DNA of 63,885 nucleotides, the filler included, from Octopus bimaculoides (Eukaryota): assembly GCF_001194135.2 (NCBI RefSeq). It is 6 parts of 5 records of this genome, joined end to end, with 100 filler letters (N's around TTAATTAATTAA, not from the genome) between each part and the next. Parts side by side here need not be neighbours in the genome. Positions count along the whole stretch, not along the records: positions 1 to 20,176 come from NC_069005.1; 5 more parts are not named here. The stretch is one strand, 5' to 3'. Shown one piece after another: positions 1 through 12,590 of this stretch (position 1 is its first letter; every line of letters begins with the position of its first letter). A model generated the notes under the pieces. It saw nothing but the letters and a program-made list of their open reading frames with translations. It was not told the origin of the DNA and ran no database searches. The translations under genes were made by a program, and so were the position numbers.

Positions 1-44
1 TCTATTCTTTTTTAATTCATTTCTCTATTTTTTTTCCCTTCAAG

Positions 45-210
45 ACTCTCCGATCAGCCACAAAAAACATAAAAAACACAAAAAGAAGCACAAAAGACGC
101 AAAGAAGATTTGATTTCTGAGCCCCATTTGCCTGCTGCTGCTGTGTTGGACAGCAAGCCATCGATCAAACTAAGGATCCGTCTTGGAGGGGAAACTTTAT
201 CTTCCAAAAA
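45..210 (+). CDS. INO80B: INO80 complex subunit B, first exon inside window (5' part upstream)
   Basis: ttcaag| acceptor, |gttagt donor; reads DSPISHKKHKKHKKKHKRRKEDL...KPSIKLRIRLGGETLSSK, matching the INO80B KKHKKH and LKLKIKLGG motifs; phase 1 to 2. Confidence 0.9.
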
Positions 211-554
211 GTTAGTTTCATTTTTATTTTCCCCTTCTGCTACCCAGTCACATTTCCCCCTTTTTTACACAGTCTTTTCTTCACCTTCTACCTGTTTATC
301 AGCTTCTATCCAACCCTTTTTTTTTACTCTCTACCCACCATTTTTTTTTACCTTCTATCCAATTATTTTTTTAAACTCCTGCCCAGCTTTTGGCAATCCT
401 TGAGCATTTGTAGACGTTGTCATTCACCCTCTTTTTCAGCCTCACCTCTTTATATATCTCACAATGAAACGTTATGTGGGTGAATGACATCTACTGATAG
501 TGAAGGATTACCCAGCTTTTTTTTTTTTTATCTCCTACCCAAATTTTGTTTTAC

Positions 555-755
555 TTTAGCATATTCTGTCCAATGTAACGCTTATTTATTCACATAGTTT
601 TGAATTAACCATGCATTATCTCATAGTCTCAAAGTTTCAATCAATACAATTGCTTAATTTTTAGAATGACATTGTAGGGTGTGTGTGAGAGGCCAAATCT
701 GGCAGGCTTGAACATAAAACAGGAATATTTGGGCCTGATATGACCTGTTAAAAAT
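555..755. mobile_element. TTAA-flanked MITE family (piggyBac-like), degraded copy
   Basis: Shares body (tttagaatgacattgtaggg..gagagg..atctggc..aacataaaacagg) with 6935-7308 and 23800-24041, which end in GCTAA(A/T)GGGTTAA. Confidence 0.55.
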
Positions 756-1182
756 GCATCTCCTTTCCTTTCACTTTCCTTACATCTACTCAAAAATCTT
801 AAATTCCCTATTTTAATTTTTAACATGAAATACAAAAAAATACAACCTTGAAAGATATCATCTATATTATTTAGTTCTCTCTCCAGCCCCCATCATTTAG
901 TGGGAAGCGGGTAGATTCTCTAGTTGCTTAGACCGGCTGAACTTTTTTCAACACCCGACCGACCATCACCCTCTAATCTCGCTTCTTTCTTCTATATAGT
1001 TTGCCGTTTCCACTCATTTGAGACCTAATAATTTTAATTCAAATTTTGGAATCAAACTCATGACTTTACGAGTGTGTATCAAATACCCTAACCATTATGC
1101 CATAACACCTTCACTACACACGCACAAACACACACATGCACCACACATGTGCATGTGTATATGAAGGTATGTACCTTTTGCT

Positions 1183-1299
1183 AGGCGGCGAGCTGGCAGA
1201 AACGTTAGCACGCCGGGCGCAATGCTTCGCGGTATTTCGTCTGCCACTGCGTTCTGAGTTCAAATTCCGCCGAAGTCGACTTTGCCCTTCATCCTTTCG
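1183..1299 (+). mobile_element. Young tRNA-derived SINE (GGCGGCGAGCTGGCAGAA family), cut by gap
   Basis: CpG-intact head; same family at 3761-3980, 4500-4675, 13340-13570(-), 51405-51610, 62920-63045. Confidence 0.85.
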
Positions 1300-1932
1300 N
1301 NNNNNNNNNCACTCATTTGAGACCTAATAATTTTAATTCAAATTTTGGAATCAAACTCATGACTTTACGAGTGTGTATCAAATACCCTAACCATTATGCC
1401 ATAACACCTTCACTACACACGCACAAACACACACATGCACCACACATGTGCATGTGTATATGAAGGTATGTACCTTTTGCTGATGTATGGTACATCATCA
1501 TGAGTGATGCAAGCATCTGTAAGAAAATTGAAGGATAAAAGAAAAGAAAACAAAAAAAAACTGCTCTTTTTGACTGATTAAATCCATTGAGATATTTTTT
1601 TCTGCATTTCCTTGTTACTCTTACCACCAAAATTGCTGCGAATCAGTGAGTGATCCAGTTGGGAATCCATTACACTATAAATAACAAACTTTTATTTTAA
1701 CATATGTTGCTGGGATTTCTAGGGAATTTAAGAACAAAAGAAAATAACGGTAATAATAATAATAATAACAACAACAACAACAATAATTATAATAATGAAA
1801 ATATTTCTGATCTTATTTCTGTAGTAACAATGTTTTGGTTAATAAAATAATTAACCACATTTTCAACTGTCATATTATTGTATATTTATATATCTATATT
1901 CTTATATATGTTTAATGGTGTATATAATATAG

Positions 1933-2022
1933 GTTTGTACTGAAAGATGATAGCAACACCTCTTCACTTAATGAATACTCACCAACTGCTGTTGCTAAAA
2001 TGAAGAGCGGTGGTAACGCTAA
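1933..2022 (+). CDS. INO80B: INO80B exon (90 nt, symmetric phase 2)
   Basis: atatag| and |gtaagt; FVLKDDSNTSSLNEYSPTAVAKMKSGGNA joins both neighbours in frame; no sequence recognition. Confidence 0.7.
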
Positions 2023-3028
2023 GTAAGTTCGTTAACTATTTTTGTTTCATGTTTGTGTGTTGGTGTTGTTGTTTTGCCCCCAGACATCAAGCCTAGCCCG
2101 GCATGGCTGACCTGGGGCTTAACAAAGGCATTCCAGCCTTTTCCGCTCTGTCTTTTTTGTATATCTAGGACTATGTCGTCCAACATTTTCCTTTCTGTTT
2201 TAGTTTTTTAAAGATGGAAAGGTGTGATTTTGGGGGTTGCTTGGCTGCTGTTTTTAACAGGTCAAAGCAGATGTTACAGAGCAGTGGCTCTCAAAAATGG
2301 TGCAGCTGCTTGCTGCTGCACACTGGCTTCATCAGAAGGCATATGTAGGTGTGTTGTGGGGTTTTTGAAATTATAATTTAAAGTTTTAGTAAAATTTGTA
2401 CTAATGCTTGAGCATTTTGGAAAACATATTATTCAAAATTTCTGACATACACAAATATTACTAATAAGATGAGATAGGCATCATCATCATTATCATCATC
2501 ATCCTCATCATCATTTTCATCATCATCATCATATTATTTAACATCCTTTTCTGTATGCTTGCATGGTTCAAACAGAATATGTTGAAGCAAGTTTCCCTTG
2601 GCTGGATGTCCTTCTTGTTGCTAACCCTCACCTGTTTTTATAAACAAAGTTAATATTTTCCCCTCATGGCTGGACATGTTCCCAAGGAAGACTGTAAATG
2701 GATAACATAGGTTGTCTGGTGGTGACACTTGTTTACAGTTTTTGTCTACCAGATCCACTCATAATGCTTTGGTCAACTTGGGTTGGGCTATTGTAGACAA
2801 GACCTTCCCAAGAAGCACACTTCTTAATCATACAGCTATGCCTTTGCCTTAAGTGATAAGTTTTCAATATTTTTTTCTAGATTTTTAACTATGAAAGACC
2901 TTCCCTGTCATGTGCACCAGTAGTTTTCTTTTTTTTTTTCTGTTTACATTTCAGAAGACCGTGAAATGCAAAAGGTAAAGTTCAACTGATGTAGAGGCTG
3001 TTTTTATAATATAGGTACATTATTGATT

Positions 3029-3214
3029 TTCCAGAAGCTTTGGTTCCAAATACTTGGCTGTTGCTGTTGTTCCTTACTACTGCTTCCAGGTGCCCAGCTT
3101 CTGCACAGAACTCCTCCTGGTCATCTGAGATGGCATTGTTACATATCTGGTTGAGCCGGTGGTACTCATTCCTGTTGCTATGCGTGTGAGCCTTGTGGCG
3201 GCTGTTAACTATCT
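3029..3214 (-). mobile_element. LINE ORF2 endonuclease-RT linker remnant
   Basis: Translates EIVNSRHKAHTHSNRNEYHRLNQICNNAISDDQEEFCAEAGHLEAVVRNNS, resembling the LINE ORF2 helical linker. Confidence 0.5.
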
Positions 3215-3760
3215 CCAGTCAAACTTTTCTGTGCTTTTAATAAGGCTGATACCTGTTTGGAGTTGTGTCCCTTACTTATGAAATGACTAGCTCAATGGCA
3301 GATATTTTAAAATTGCTTTTTTTCTGCGTAGCATAAATATTGATTTATGATGTACAATTATTTGAATATGTTAACACAAGGCCACAAATTTTGCAGAAGG
3401 TTGCGTTGACTGTGGTATAGTTGGATATCTTGACTCCAGTACTTGACCACTGCATGTTTTATCTCTTCTGGAAGAATGAAAGTCAGAACGGACCATGTCA
3501 GGATTTGAACTCTGAACTCAGAAGTCGGCTACTAAATACAACGAAACAAGTTGTATGTCACATTAGGGATTCTGGCACTTCATCAGAAATTGGGTGGTTG
3601 ATGGTGGAGTTATATGCTGCAGTATTTCCTCTGGGTCTTTAATGCTTTGGGCTGAAATCCTGCTGGGCTCAACTTTGCCTTTCATTCCTCCAGGGTCAGT
3701 ATTGATTTCATTAGAAATCAATATTACACGTTGATCTTGCTCAATATTTACTTCATATAA

Positions 3761-3980
3761 GGTGGTGAACTGGCAGAGTCATTGACATGCTAGGCAAAAT
3801 ACTTAGCAGCATTTCATCTGACTTTACATTCTGAGTTCAAATACAGCCAAAGTCAATTGTCCCTTTCTTCCTTTTGGAGTCAATAAAATAGGTACCAGCT
3901 GAGCATTGGGGTCGATGTAATTGACTTACCCCTTTCCTTTCCCCAAAATTGCTGGCTTTGTGCTAAAATTTGAAATCAAT
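3761..3980 (+). mobile_element. Older, CpG-decayed copy of the same SINE
   Basis: ggtggtgaactggcagag...ctgagttcaaat...ggggtcgatgtaattgac. Confidence 0.75.
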
Positions 3981-4163
3981 ATTTACTTCAAATGCAGGGC
4001 TTTCTAACCCGACCCCTATGGGATTGTACTTGAAGTATGATACCTTCTTACCTTAAATGTTGTGACAGTCAAGCAAATATTCTTTTTGTTGTTTCGTTGC
4101 AAGTAAACAAGTCCACCTTAGAGTATTGTGTTTAACAACTTTTTCTTCTCTTCATTCCTTCAG

Positions 4164-4312
4164 GCTGGCATCCCTGGAAGATGAACCGGTCGATGTTGAT
4201 GACACCCAGTTACCAGATCCCTTAGCTTCTGCTATCCACCCCAGTTACTTAACTTCAAACAGTATAATTTCTGGTATAATGGCACCAAGTATCAACCCAT
4301 GGGGATCATCGA
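4164..4312 (+). CDS. INO80B: INO80B exon
   Basis: pyrimidine tract + cag|, |gtgagt; LASLEDEPVDVDDTQLPDP...PWGSS; phase 2 to 1. Confidence 0.85.
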
Positions 4313-4766
4313 GTGAGTATCTAACCCTTTAATGTTCAAACTGGCCATATTCGTCCCAAATATTCTATCATTCAGCTAGTGTTAAGAACATAAATTGTGA
4401 CTAAGGTTTGGTGGAAGATTTTAGTTCAGAACTTTTGAAAACAAGACATTTGTACTCAGAGTCAGAGCTGGTTTCAGCTGGGTTGGTAACAAAGGGGTTA
4501 AGGTGGCAAGCTGTAGAATTGTCTGCACACTGAGTTCATATTCTGCTGAGGTTGACTTTGTCTTGCATCCTTTTGGGGTTGATAAAATCAGTACCACTTG
4601 AGCACTGGAGTTGATGTAATCGACTTACTCCCTCCCTCAGAATTACTGGCCTTGTGCCAAAATTTGAAACTATCATTGTTGTTGTTATGATCATTGTAGT
4701 CATTTAATTGGTTATATAAGAGTAATTCTAATGTTTTTTTGTCTGTTTATTCCATTGATGTCTTAG

Positions 4767-4942
4767 TTGACTTTGATATGACTCCTGAGAAAGTTGAAGA
4801 CACACCTGAAGATGGAGAGGAGAAGAAAGAGGAAACTTCTGATGAAGAACAAGCCTGGTTGGATGCTCTGGAGGCTGGTGAACTGGATGATTTTGGTGAG
4901 ATCCGCAAACCTAAAGATCCAAACTTGTTGACAGCGAGACAG
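4767..4942 (+). CDS. INO80B: INO80B exon, conserved WLDALE region
   Basis: ttag|, |gtgagt; DFDMTPEK...DEEQAWLDALEAGELDDFGEIRKPKDPNLLTARQ. Confidence 0.95.
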
Positions 4943-5562
4943 GTGAGTCAAGGAAACTATTTTTTTCTTGTTGTTTTTCTTTCTTTTTTTTACTACAACT
5001 TTTTGTTTATTTCTCTTTTAGAATTGTAGTTGATATTACATTTTTACCAATTTCACTCTCTCTCTCTTTCTCTTGAAATATTTGGTGGGGTTGTGTGTGT
5101 GTGTGTGTGTGTGCACATGCACCTGTGTCTGTATTGTCATCATCATCATTTAACATCTTTTTTTCCTTACTGGAATCAGTTAGATGGTTTGACAGGAGCT
5201 GGTGAACCTGCGAACTGCATGAAGCTGTACCCTGCCTTTTAGCATTCTTAATGATAAGATATTTCAGGAAGTTAGATATTCTCTTTGTGTGAATTAGTGC
5301 TGTGGACACTGATTTGATAAATGCTGGTTGACCAACTTGCACATACCCTACAGTGATGGCGTTGCTGCAGAGAATGGCCAACGGCACTCACTACCGCAGG
5401 CCTCAAATAATTCGGCATTGAATCAGTGATGCCAAACCTCTCGTAACCATTATCTGTTTGGTGTGTGTGTATGTGAGAGAGAGTGTTTCCATGTGTTTGT
5501 GAGAGTGTGTCTTCTCTACATTAATACTCTGAACTTATTGGTCCTTTTCTTTTAACCAACAG

Positions 5563-5614
5563 AGGGCATTGCTGCATGGAAAACAAGAACAGGAACTTCT
5601 AGAGTTGCCATCAG
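5563..5614 (+). CDS. INO80B: INO80B exon
   Basis: caacag|, |gtaaac; RALLHGKQEQELLELPS continues LLTARQ-RALL. Confidence 0.93.
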
Positions 5615-6081
5615 GTAAACACTTAACCTTATTTGCTGGTGTGTAACTTGCCTCTTTTCTCATTTAAAAAACATTTTAGAGGAAGCCCCTGTGTGCTATA
5701 TACAAAAGTTACTTTTTTATGTAAAAGAGTAAAAGACTCCCTTCAGTCACAAATGACTATGGGATTGCACCTAGAAAGTTCCCCTCCGAGGCATAAGTTT
5801 GGACAAGGTTGTTTATGGAAGACCAGCAGTTGCTCATGCATGCCAGTCTCCTCTCTCCACACCACCGATGTTGTCCAAGGGAAAGGCAAAGGCCGATACA
5901 ACTTGATACCAAGATGGTGTCACTGCATGGCTGAAGACTGGAAAAAGTAACAGATAAAAGATCTATCTATATATATATATATGTTTGTCTATTTATCTAT
6001 CTATCTATCTATCTATCTATCTCTATGTATACGTATATATGTGTGTGTACATCTTAATATATTCTGTCTGTGTGTTTGTAG

Positions 6082-6182
6082 GTTACAAAACTGTGGAACT
6101 TACAGAAGAACAAATACAGAGGCGCCAGCAACGAGCTAAAAAACGACGGCTACAGGCACAAGAAAAGAGAGAGAAGGATAAG
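6082..6182 (+). CDS. INO80B: INO80B exon, PAPA-1 helix
   Basis: tgtag|, |gtaagg; GYKTVELTEEQIQRRQQRAKKRRLQAQEKREKDK. Confidence 0.95.
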
Positions 6183-6934
6183 GTAAGGAAAATAACCTTT
6201 TGGGTTGGTTGTTCTTGCTGTGTATTAAGCTGCCTTATCTTTTAGTTAGCTCTGCACAAGCTGACATATTGGATTGCAGCTAAGTTCTCTGCCATCAATT
6301 CATCGCAGGTGAATTCACTGTGAAGAAAGTTCATGGTGAGGACAGTTTACCGAGAAAATATATCCATAGTATATCACCATTAATAGTTAAAAACTATTTT
6401 ATTGAAGAAAATTGAAGATGGTGAACTTTCCCTGAGATGAATTGGTGACAGTGAAATTAAGTGATGTGGACATATTGCATAATGATAAATACAGAATGTT
6501 TTAGGTGCAGGCATGGCTGTGAGGTAAGAAACTTGCTTCCCATTCGTATGGTTCTGGGTTCAGCCCCACTGCGTGACACCTTGGGAATGTCTTTTTCCTT
6601 GTGAATGGATTTTTGGAAGATGGAAACTGAAAGAAGCCCACTGTGTATGTGTGTGTAGAGAGAGAAAGATATGTACTTGCATAACAAGTGACTTGATCTG
6701 AGATCGTGTACTAAAGCAAAAACAATTGCAGCGTGGAAGACATTTGGAAGCCATTTAAGAACACACAGAAACCATTAGTTTCACTTCAACATTTGAATTT
6801 AATATTTTCGTTGCTTTGAAACCTCAACCTGTTCGCTGACAAAACTTCATGCTATTTAAGTCACAATATTTGGATTCAACTAATCTGGTAGTAGTCAGAA
6901 AAAAAATTCCTTAATGTATCATTCTATAAAATAT

Positions 6935-7308
6935 ATAAGCATACAGATTATTCTGTTGAATGTAATGCTTGTTTATTCATATTATTTGGGAAATTTGGAG
7001 GTGTTTACATGGGGAAACAAGGAACAAACGACACCATGTAAGCAAGCTCTTCATTTCTGAGCAGTCACACATGTCAAGAAGCCCAGAGGTATGTGAAAGC
7101 ACATGGCTCAGTGGTTTGAGTACTAGGCTTACAATCACGAGGTAGTGAGTTTGATCTCTGGACCAAGCTGTGTGTTGTGTTCTTGATGATTGTTTATTTT
7201 TAGAATGTCATTGTAGGATAGGTGTGAGAGGCCTGATTTGGCCACTTTGAACGTAAAACAGGTAGAATATTTGGGCTGGCTATGCTGGTTTAAATGCTAA
7301 TGGGTTAA
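6935..7308. mobile_element. TTAA MITE copy interrupted by a SINE head
   Basis: Same body as 555-755; ends atgctaatgggttaa; tRNA-like SINE head at about 7100-7190. Confidence 0.55.
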
Positions 7309-7842
7309 AGACATGTACCATTATACACCAATCAGGAAACTTCATGGAACAAATGCTGTGAATGGTTGGTTTTGAAGTGTAATAGCCAATCAGAGATCGT
7401 CTTTCAGTAGATGTATCTCAATAGAAAAAAAATTTTGGCCTTTTTGGCTACACATACCAAAACACTTTGTGTCTCAAAAGGGGTTAAACATAGAAAAACA
7501 ACCACACCAGTCACTATTTTGGTGTATCCATGTGTTTTGTTTGTTTGCCTGGTGTCTAAATGGTGGAGCAGGAATAAAGTTAATGTGTTTTTTTAGGCTG
7601 GTGTTGCTATACAAGTTTGTTATGTGGCTGAGTTTTCTAAATAAATACATTGTTGCGCATTTTTCGACATTGATCGATCTGTTGATATTGTTGCTAGTAG
7701 AAAGTTGGCATGGTTCCAGGTCAGAATTACAGCTGAACTACACAAAACGAATCATGAATTGTGATGTAAATACATAGCTGAGCAGTTAGTTGTACTGAAG
7801 ATGTGTGTGTATGTATGTGGTGTACGTTTGTGTATATACACA

Positions 7843-7948
7843 TGGAGCCTGGTGTTGCCATCCGGTTTCACCAGTCCTCAGTCAAATCGTCCAACCCATG
7901 CTAGCATGGAAAGCGGACGTTAAACGATGATGATGATGATGATGATGA
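7843..7948 (+). mobile_element. 5'-truncated RTE LINE 3' end, (GAT)n tail
   Basis: By eye identical to 11035-11138 and to the reverse complement of part of 33143-33378. Confidence 0.85.
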
Positions 7949-8189
7949 TATATATACATATACAAACATTTACATACACACACACACACACGTATAATTG
8001 TTAAACAGGACATCAAACATTAAGGCAAGGCAAACATCTCAAGTCATATACAATATTATTATTACAGGAAAAAATTCAAAATCTTACAGCTGTTTCTGGG
8101 ATAGCCTCAGGTATGGGATATTCCGTCATCAGAGACAAATTGGGGGAAAGAAAAAATTTAAAAAATATTGGGGAAAAAATATATATAGA

Positions 8190-8265
<76 letters not shown>

Positions 8266-8496
8266 CACACACACACACACATATACAGACACTTATGCAT
8301 AGACACAGGAGTGGCTGTGTGGTAAGTAGCTTGCTTACCAACCACATGGTTCTGGGTTCATTTCCACTGCGTGGCACCTTGGGCACCATTAATATTATAT
8401 ATGAATTATAATGTTGCTATTGATGGTAATGTTATAATGTTGTTATTGATGATAACGATGATGATAAATTTTTTCCCATTCTGTCTTTCTTCATAG

Positions 8497-8553
8497 AAAC
8501 AAACCCTTGAAAGATTATTAAAGAAACAGGAAACAAAGGCGAAAGGACCAAAG
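8497..8553 (+). CDS. INO80B: INO80B exon
   Basis: catag|, |gtaggt; KQTLERLLKKQETKAKGPK, phase 0-0. Confidence 0.93.
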
Positions 8554-9394
8554 GTAGGTGATTCGATTCTTCTGGTTTGCTTCTGGACATTATCGCATTT
8601 GGTGTTGAATGAAACATCACAGAAGGCATCAAGGTACCACACTCATTAGGCTTTTTTAGGTTTTCTTTCCAGAGCCAGGAAGTTCTTGAGCTCCTTGTTA
8701 GCTGTTGACCTTCTATTCTTCTCAAGTGTGGCCCACACCTGAGTACTGCTTGTGTGACTGGGTTAGTATTGCTACACACACACACACAATATCACAGACA
8801 TACATGCCAACACACACACATAGACACACATACACAGACATTCATTCATACACGTAGACATACATATGTACATGCATAGACATACACAGGCATACGCATA
8901 GACATATGCACGCACTTAGACATACACACACACACATTTGCATAAACGCACACACACACATTTACATATACGCACTCACACAGACATACTCATGCATTGA
9001 CATACACACATGTAGACATACAATTGCATTTAGGCATACATCAGCACACATAAACACACACGTCCACATAGATACACACACACACCATCGGCCACATTCC
9101 AAAGGCTCCTTGACCGTGCTTATGATAATGATTAGCTTTATATTGGCAGTATGAGGGTGCATGGCCTGGTGGTTAGGGTGTTGCACCCACGATCTTACGA
9201 TCGTGGTTTCAATTCTTAGACTGGGTGGTGCATTGTGTTCTTGAGTAAAACACTTCATGGAGAGAGTGAGCTGATGTACGGCATAGACATTTGATCATCA
9301 TAAACAAATCCTTTGTGCAGGTCATACATTATCCATCGTTTTGGCAGTAATGAAGAATAGTAATATGATTTTATTTTTCATTTAATAATTTCAG

Positions 9395-9513
9395 TTAAAA
9401 ACCAACAAGCGGACTGACATTGCGCGATATAGCTATGTGAATGGAGTATCTGGTATTTTCATTTCTGTACCAGCAGGATTTGATTTTCCACTGAGATCTC
9501 AAACACGAACTGA
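9395..9513 (+). CDS. INO80B: INO80B exon
   Basis: ttcag|, |gtaagt; LKTNKRTDIARYSYVNGVSGIFISVPAGFDFPLRSQTRT. Confidence 0.92.
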
Positions 9514-9922
9514 GTAAGTATATTCACACTGTTTACTGTACTGGTTTCTGCTCGTTTACTAGATCTTCCTCAGATGGGACCTTTCTCTCTGGAGGAAAAC
9601 TCAAGTTAAATAATGTAGCCCTAGACATACTCCTAAAAAGATAGGGTTAGTATTGGTCATGGCCTTTGATTGTAATGTCTGCCTGATGAAAATTATTACA
9701 GGTGAACTTTTGTCAGGATTAACTTCAGGCTAAAACACTCTATGCTGTAAAAACCATGCCAAATCTGACGTAGAACATGACAGAACCCTCCGACTCATCT
9801 GTTCTTGTCGAACCATCCAACCCTTTCCAGTATGAAAATAGAAACATTAAATGATGATGACGACAAAGAAGAAGACCCCAGTATTTGGTACTGTTCTTAA
9901 ATGTTCTCATTGTTTCTTTCAG

Positions 9923-10058
9923 CCGTCCCAAAACTGTGTTGTGTGGAGTACGACATTGTAACAAAGTCCGGAAATATTCATGCTCTAAGACCGGTGTTCC
10001 ACTCTGCAGTTTACAGTGTTATAAGAAAAATTTACAGTTACATAAAGTTGCTTCATAA
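9923..10058 (+). CDS. INO80B: INO80B last exon, HIT-type zinc finger
   Basis: ttcag|; RPKTVLCGVRHCNKVRKYSCSKTGVPLCSLQCYKKNLQLHKVAS, TAA at 10056-10058. Confidence 0.95.
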
Positions 10059-10084
10059 CATGACGGGAAGTGAGTTTCTTTGAA

Positions 10085-10090
10085 AATAAA
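10085..10090 (+). promoter_or_regulatory. Probable INO80B polyadenylation signal
   Basis: AATAAA 27 nt after stop, followed by T/GT-rich tract. Confidence 0.6.
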
Positions 10091-10324
10091 TTTTACTTTT
10101 ATATATTAAAAAAAAAGTTTTGTTTTGTTTTGTTTGTTCTTTTGTGTTCTTTTTTTAATATAATTACAGTTTTGTTGTTGAAGTATTTACTAACCAGCTT
10201 TTTACATTCTGAGTTCAAATCCCACTGAGGTCAACTTTGCTTTCAGGTTTGATAAAATTCAGGTACCAGTCAAGAACTGGGGTTGATGTAACTACAACTA
10301 CTACTGTTGAGTGAGAGAGCTTGG

Positions 10325-10735
10325 GAAGTCTGCTACAGAGGCATTGAGCATGCTTTGGCAAGCTTACAGCGATGAGGCAATGGGTTGTACACAATGTTTT
10401 GAGTGGCATGGCCACTTCAAAAGCAAAGAAATGTCCCTGAAAGCCCTGTCATGAGCGTCACTCCCAGAAATGTGAAGAAAATTCATCAGCTTGTTCATGA
10501 GAAACATCAGAGGACAATCAAAGACATTTTGAAGCATTTGAGGGAAGACATTTGGCAAAAGCGACCGGATCAGTGGAGCAAGAAGCATTAGATTCTTCAC
10601 GGCAACAATGCATCCAGTCACCAAGTTCTCCAAGTGAGTTTCTCGCCAAAAACAACATGGTAACATTTCTGCACCTGCCCTATTCGCCAGATTTAGCAAC
10701 TGCAGACTGCCATCTCTTCCCCCAAGACGAAAATG
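10325..10735 (+). mobile_element. Internally deleted mariner transposase remnant
   Basis: Mariner-like segments across shifting frames: QAYSDEAMGCTQCFEWHGHFKS, KRPDQWSKKH*ILHGNNA, EFLAKNNMVTFLHLPYSPDLATADCHLF (YSPDLAP motif). Confidence 0.9.
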
Positions 10736-10833
10736 TTTTTCCTGTCCTTTTCTGTATCATCTAACTGTGCAGATGTTTTGTCATCGCCTGTTACATTCTT
10801 GTTCCATTTTTTTGTCTACTTTATTCATATATA

Positions 10834-11370
10834 GGCGCAGGAGTGGCTATGTGGTAAGTAGCTTGCTTACCAACCACATGGTTCTGGGTTCAGTCCCACT
10901 GCGTGGCACCTTGGGCAAGTGTCTTCTACTATAGCCTTGGGCCAACCAAAGCCTTGTGAGTGGATTTGGTAGACGGAAACTGAAAGAAGGCGTTAGGAAG
11001 GGCATCCAGCTGTAGAAACTCTGCCAAATTAGATTGGAGCCTGGTGTTGCCATCCGGTTTCACCAGTCCTCAGTCAAATCGTCCAACCCATGCTAGCATG
11101 GAAAGCGGACGTTAAACGATGATGATGATGATGATGATATGTATGTGTGTATATGTTTGTGTGTCTGTGTTTGTCTCCCCAACTTCGCTTGACAACCGAT
11201 GCTGGTGTGTCTACGTCCCCGTAACTTAGCGGTTCGGCAAAAGAGACTGATACAATAAGTACTAGACTTACAATGAATAAGTCCAGGGGTCGATTTGCTC
11301 GACTAAAGGCGGTGCTCCAGCATGGCCGCAGTCAAATGACTGAAACAAGTAATAGAATAAAAGAATATAT
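10834..11370 (+). mobile_element. CORE-like tRNA SINE with nested RTE 3' end (10990-11138)
   Basis: Head ggcgcaggagtggct..ggttcagtcccactgcgtggcaccttgggcaagtg, then RTE tail, then SINE tail (cgcttgacaaccgatgc...gactgaaacaagta). Confidence 0.85.
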
Positions 11371-12539
11371 ATAATTTCTTGACAGCAGGTGTGTTTCTGT
11401 CCCTGTAACGTGATTCAATTAAAGACACTGATAGAATAATCTCCTGGCTTGAAAGAAAAATTAGTGCTGGAGTCCATTCATTTGACTAAAATTCTTTTAG
11501 TTAGTAGCCTAATGACTAAAAGAAATAACAGAAAATAGACATATAACCAAAATATATATGTTGGTCTGTGTATGTATGTATGTATGTAAAACTGTTTGAT
11601 GCAACATTTATAATAGAACAAGAGAAGGTTCGGAATTGGATTTTTAGTACCATTTTAATTCTTTATTTCTTTCTTTATTCATTTTTGTCTTTCAAGTCTC
11701 TTTTTTTTTTTTTTTTTCAAATTTTGTTTTTCCTTTTAATGTAGCAATTATTACAACTTCCACAACAGGTGCTCTCAGATATAATGTAAACAGGAGAGAG
11801 GAAAAAAAAGGGGAGAAATGGGGATAGGGGGAGAAGGAAGGAAGGAGTCGGCTATGCCAGGAAAGGGCAGGATTGATGACGAAAAAAAAAATTTCTTTCA
11901 TATATATATATGTATGTATGTGTATATATATATATATATATTTATATATCTATATGTATAACTCAAATAAACTGTAAAAGTAATATGGCAGTAATATTGT
12001 CTGCATGTGTGTATGGGCATACATACATATATACACACATACACAGACATACCTATATTCACATATGTATACATATGTATGTATGTGTATGAATGTATAT
12101 ATCTATGTATATGTGTATGTATATATATATATATATGTATGTNNNNNNNNNNNNNNNNNNNNNNNNNNNNNNNNNNNNNNNNNNNNNNNNNNNNNNNNNN
12201 NNNNNNNNNNNNNNNNNNNNNNNNNNNNNNNNNNNNNNNNNNAAAAAAAAAAAAAAACCGGCAAGACTGAAAAATTCCTGGCAGTAAATTTGAACTCGCA
12301 TCATAAAGATTACTGTTTTGTTTTTTTGCCAACCCACTGCTTGTATGTGTGTGCATGAACACACAGAACCTCACAAACAAACATGCACGCATTCATAAAC
12401 AAACAAACAAGCAGGAAAACGAATAGACAACAAGAAAACAAAACTAAATATAGGTGGTATTGTGGAGAAATATATAAATATGTTATATATATATACATAC
12501 CATATATATATCTGTGTGTGTACATAATGTGTGTGTATG

Positions 12540-12590
<51 letters not shown>

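Noticed and set aside
9150-9260. tRNA-like sequence (also about 7100, 15230 reverse, 39120 reverse)
   Set aside because: A/B-box SINE heads without a complete cloverleaf
9680-9775. C/D-box snoRNA-like layout (TGATGA...CTGA, 5-bp stem) in last INO80B intron
   Set aside because: D box and putative guide lie in a repeat-derived tail fragment; C box imperfect; no rRNA complement recognised
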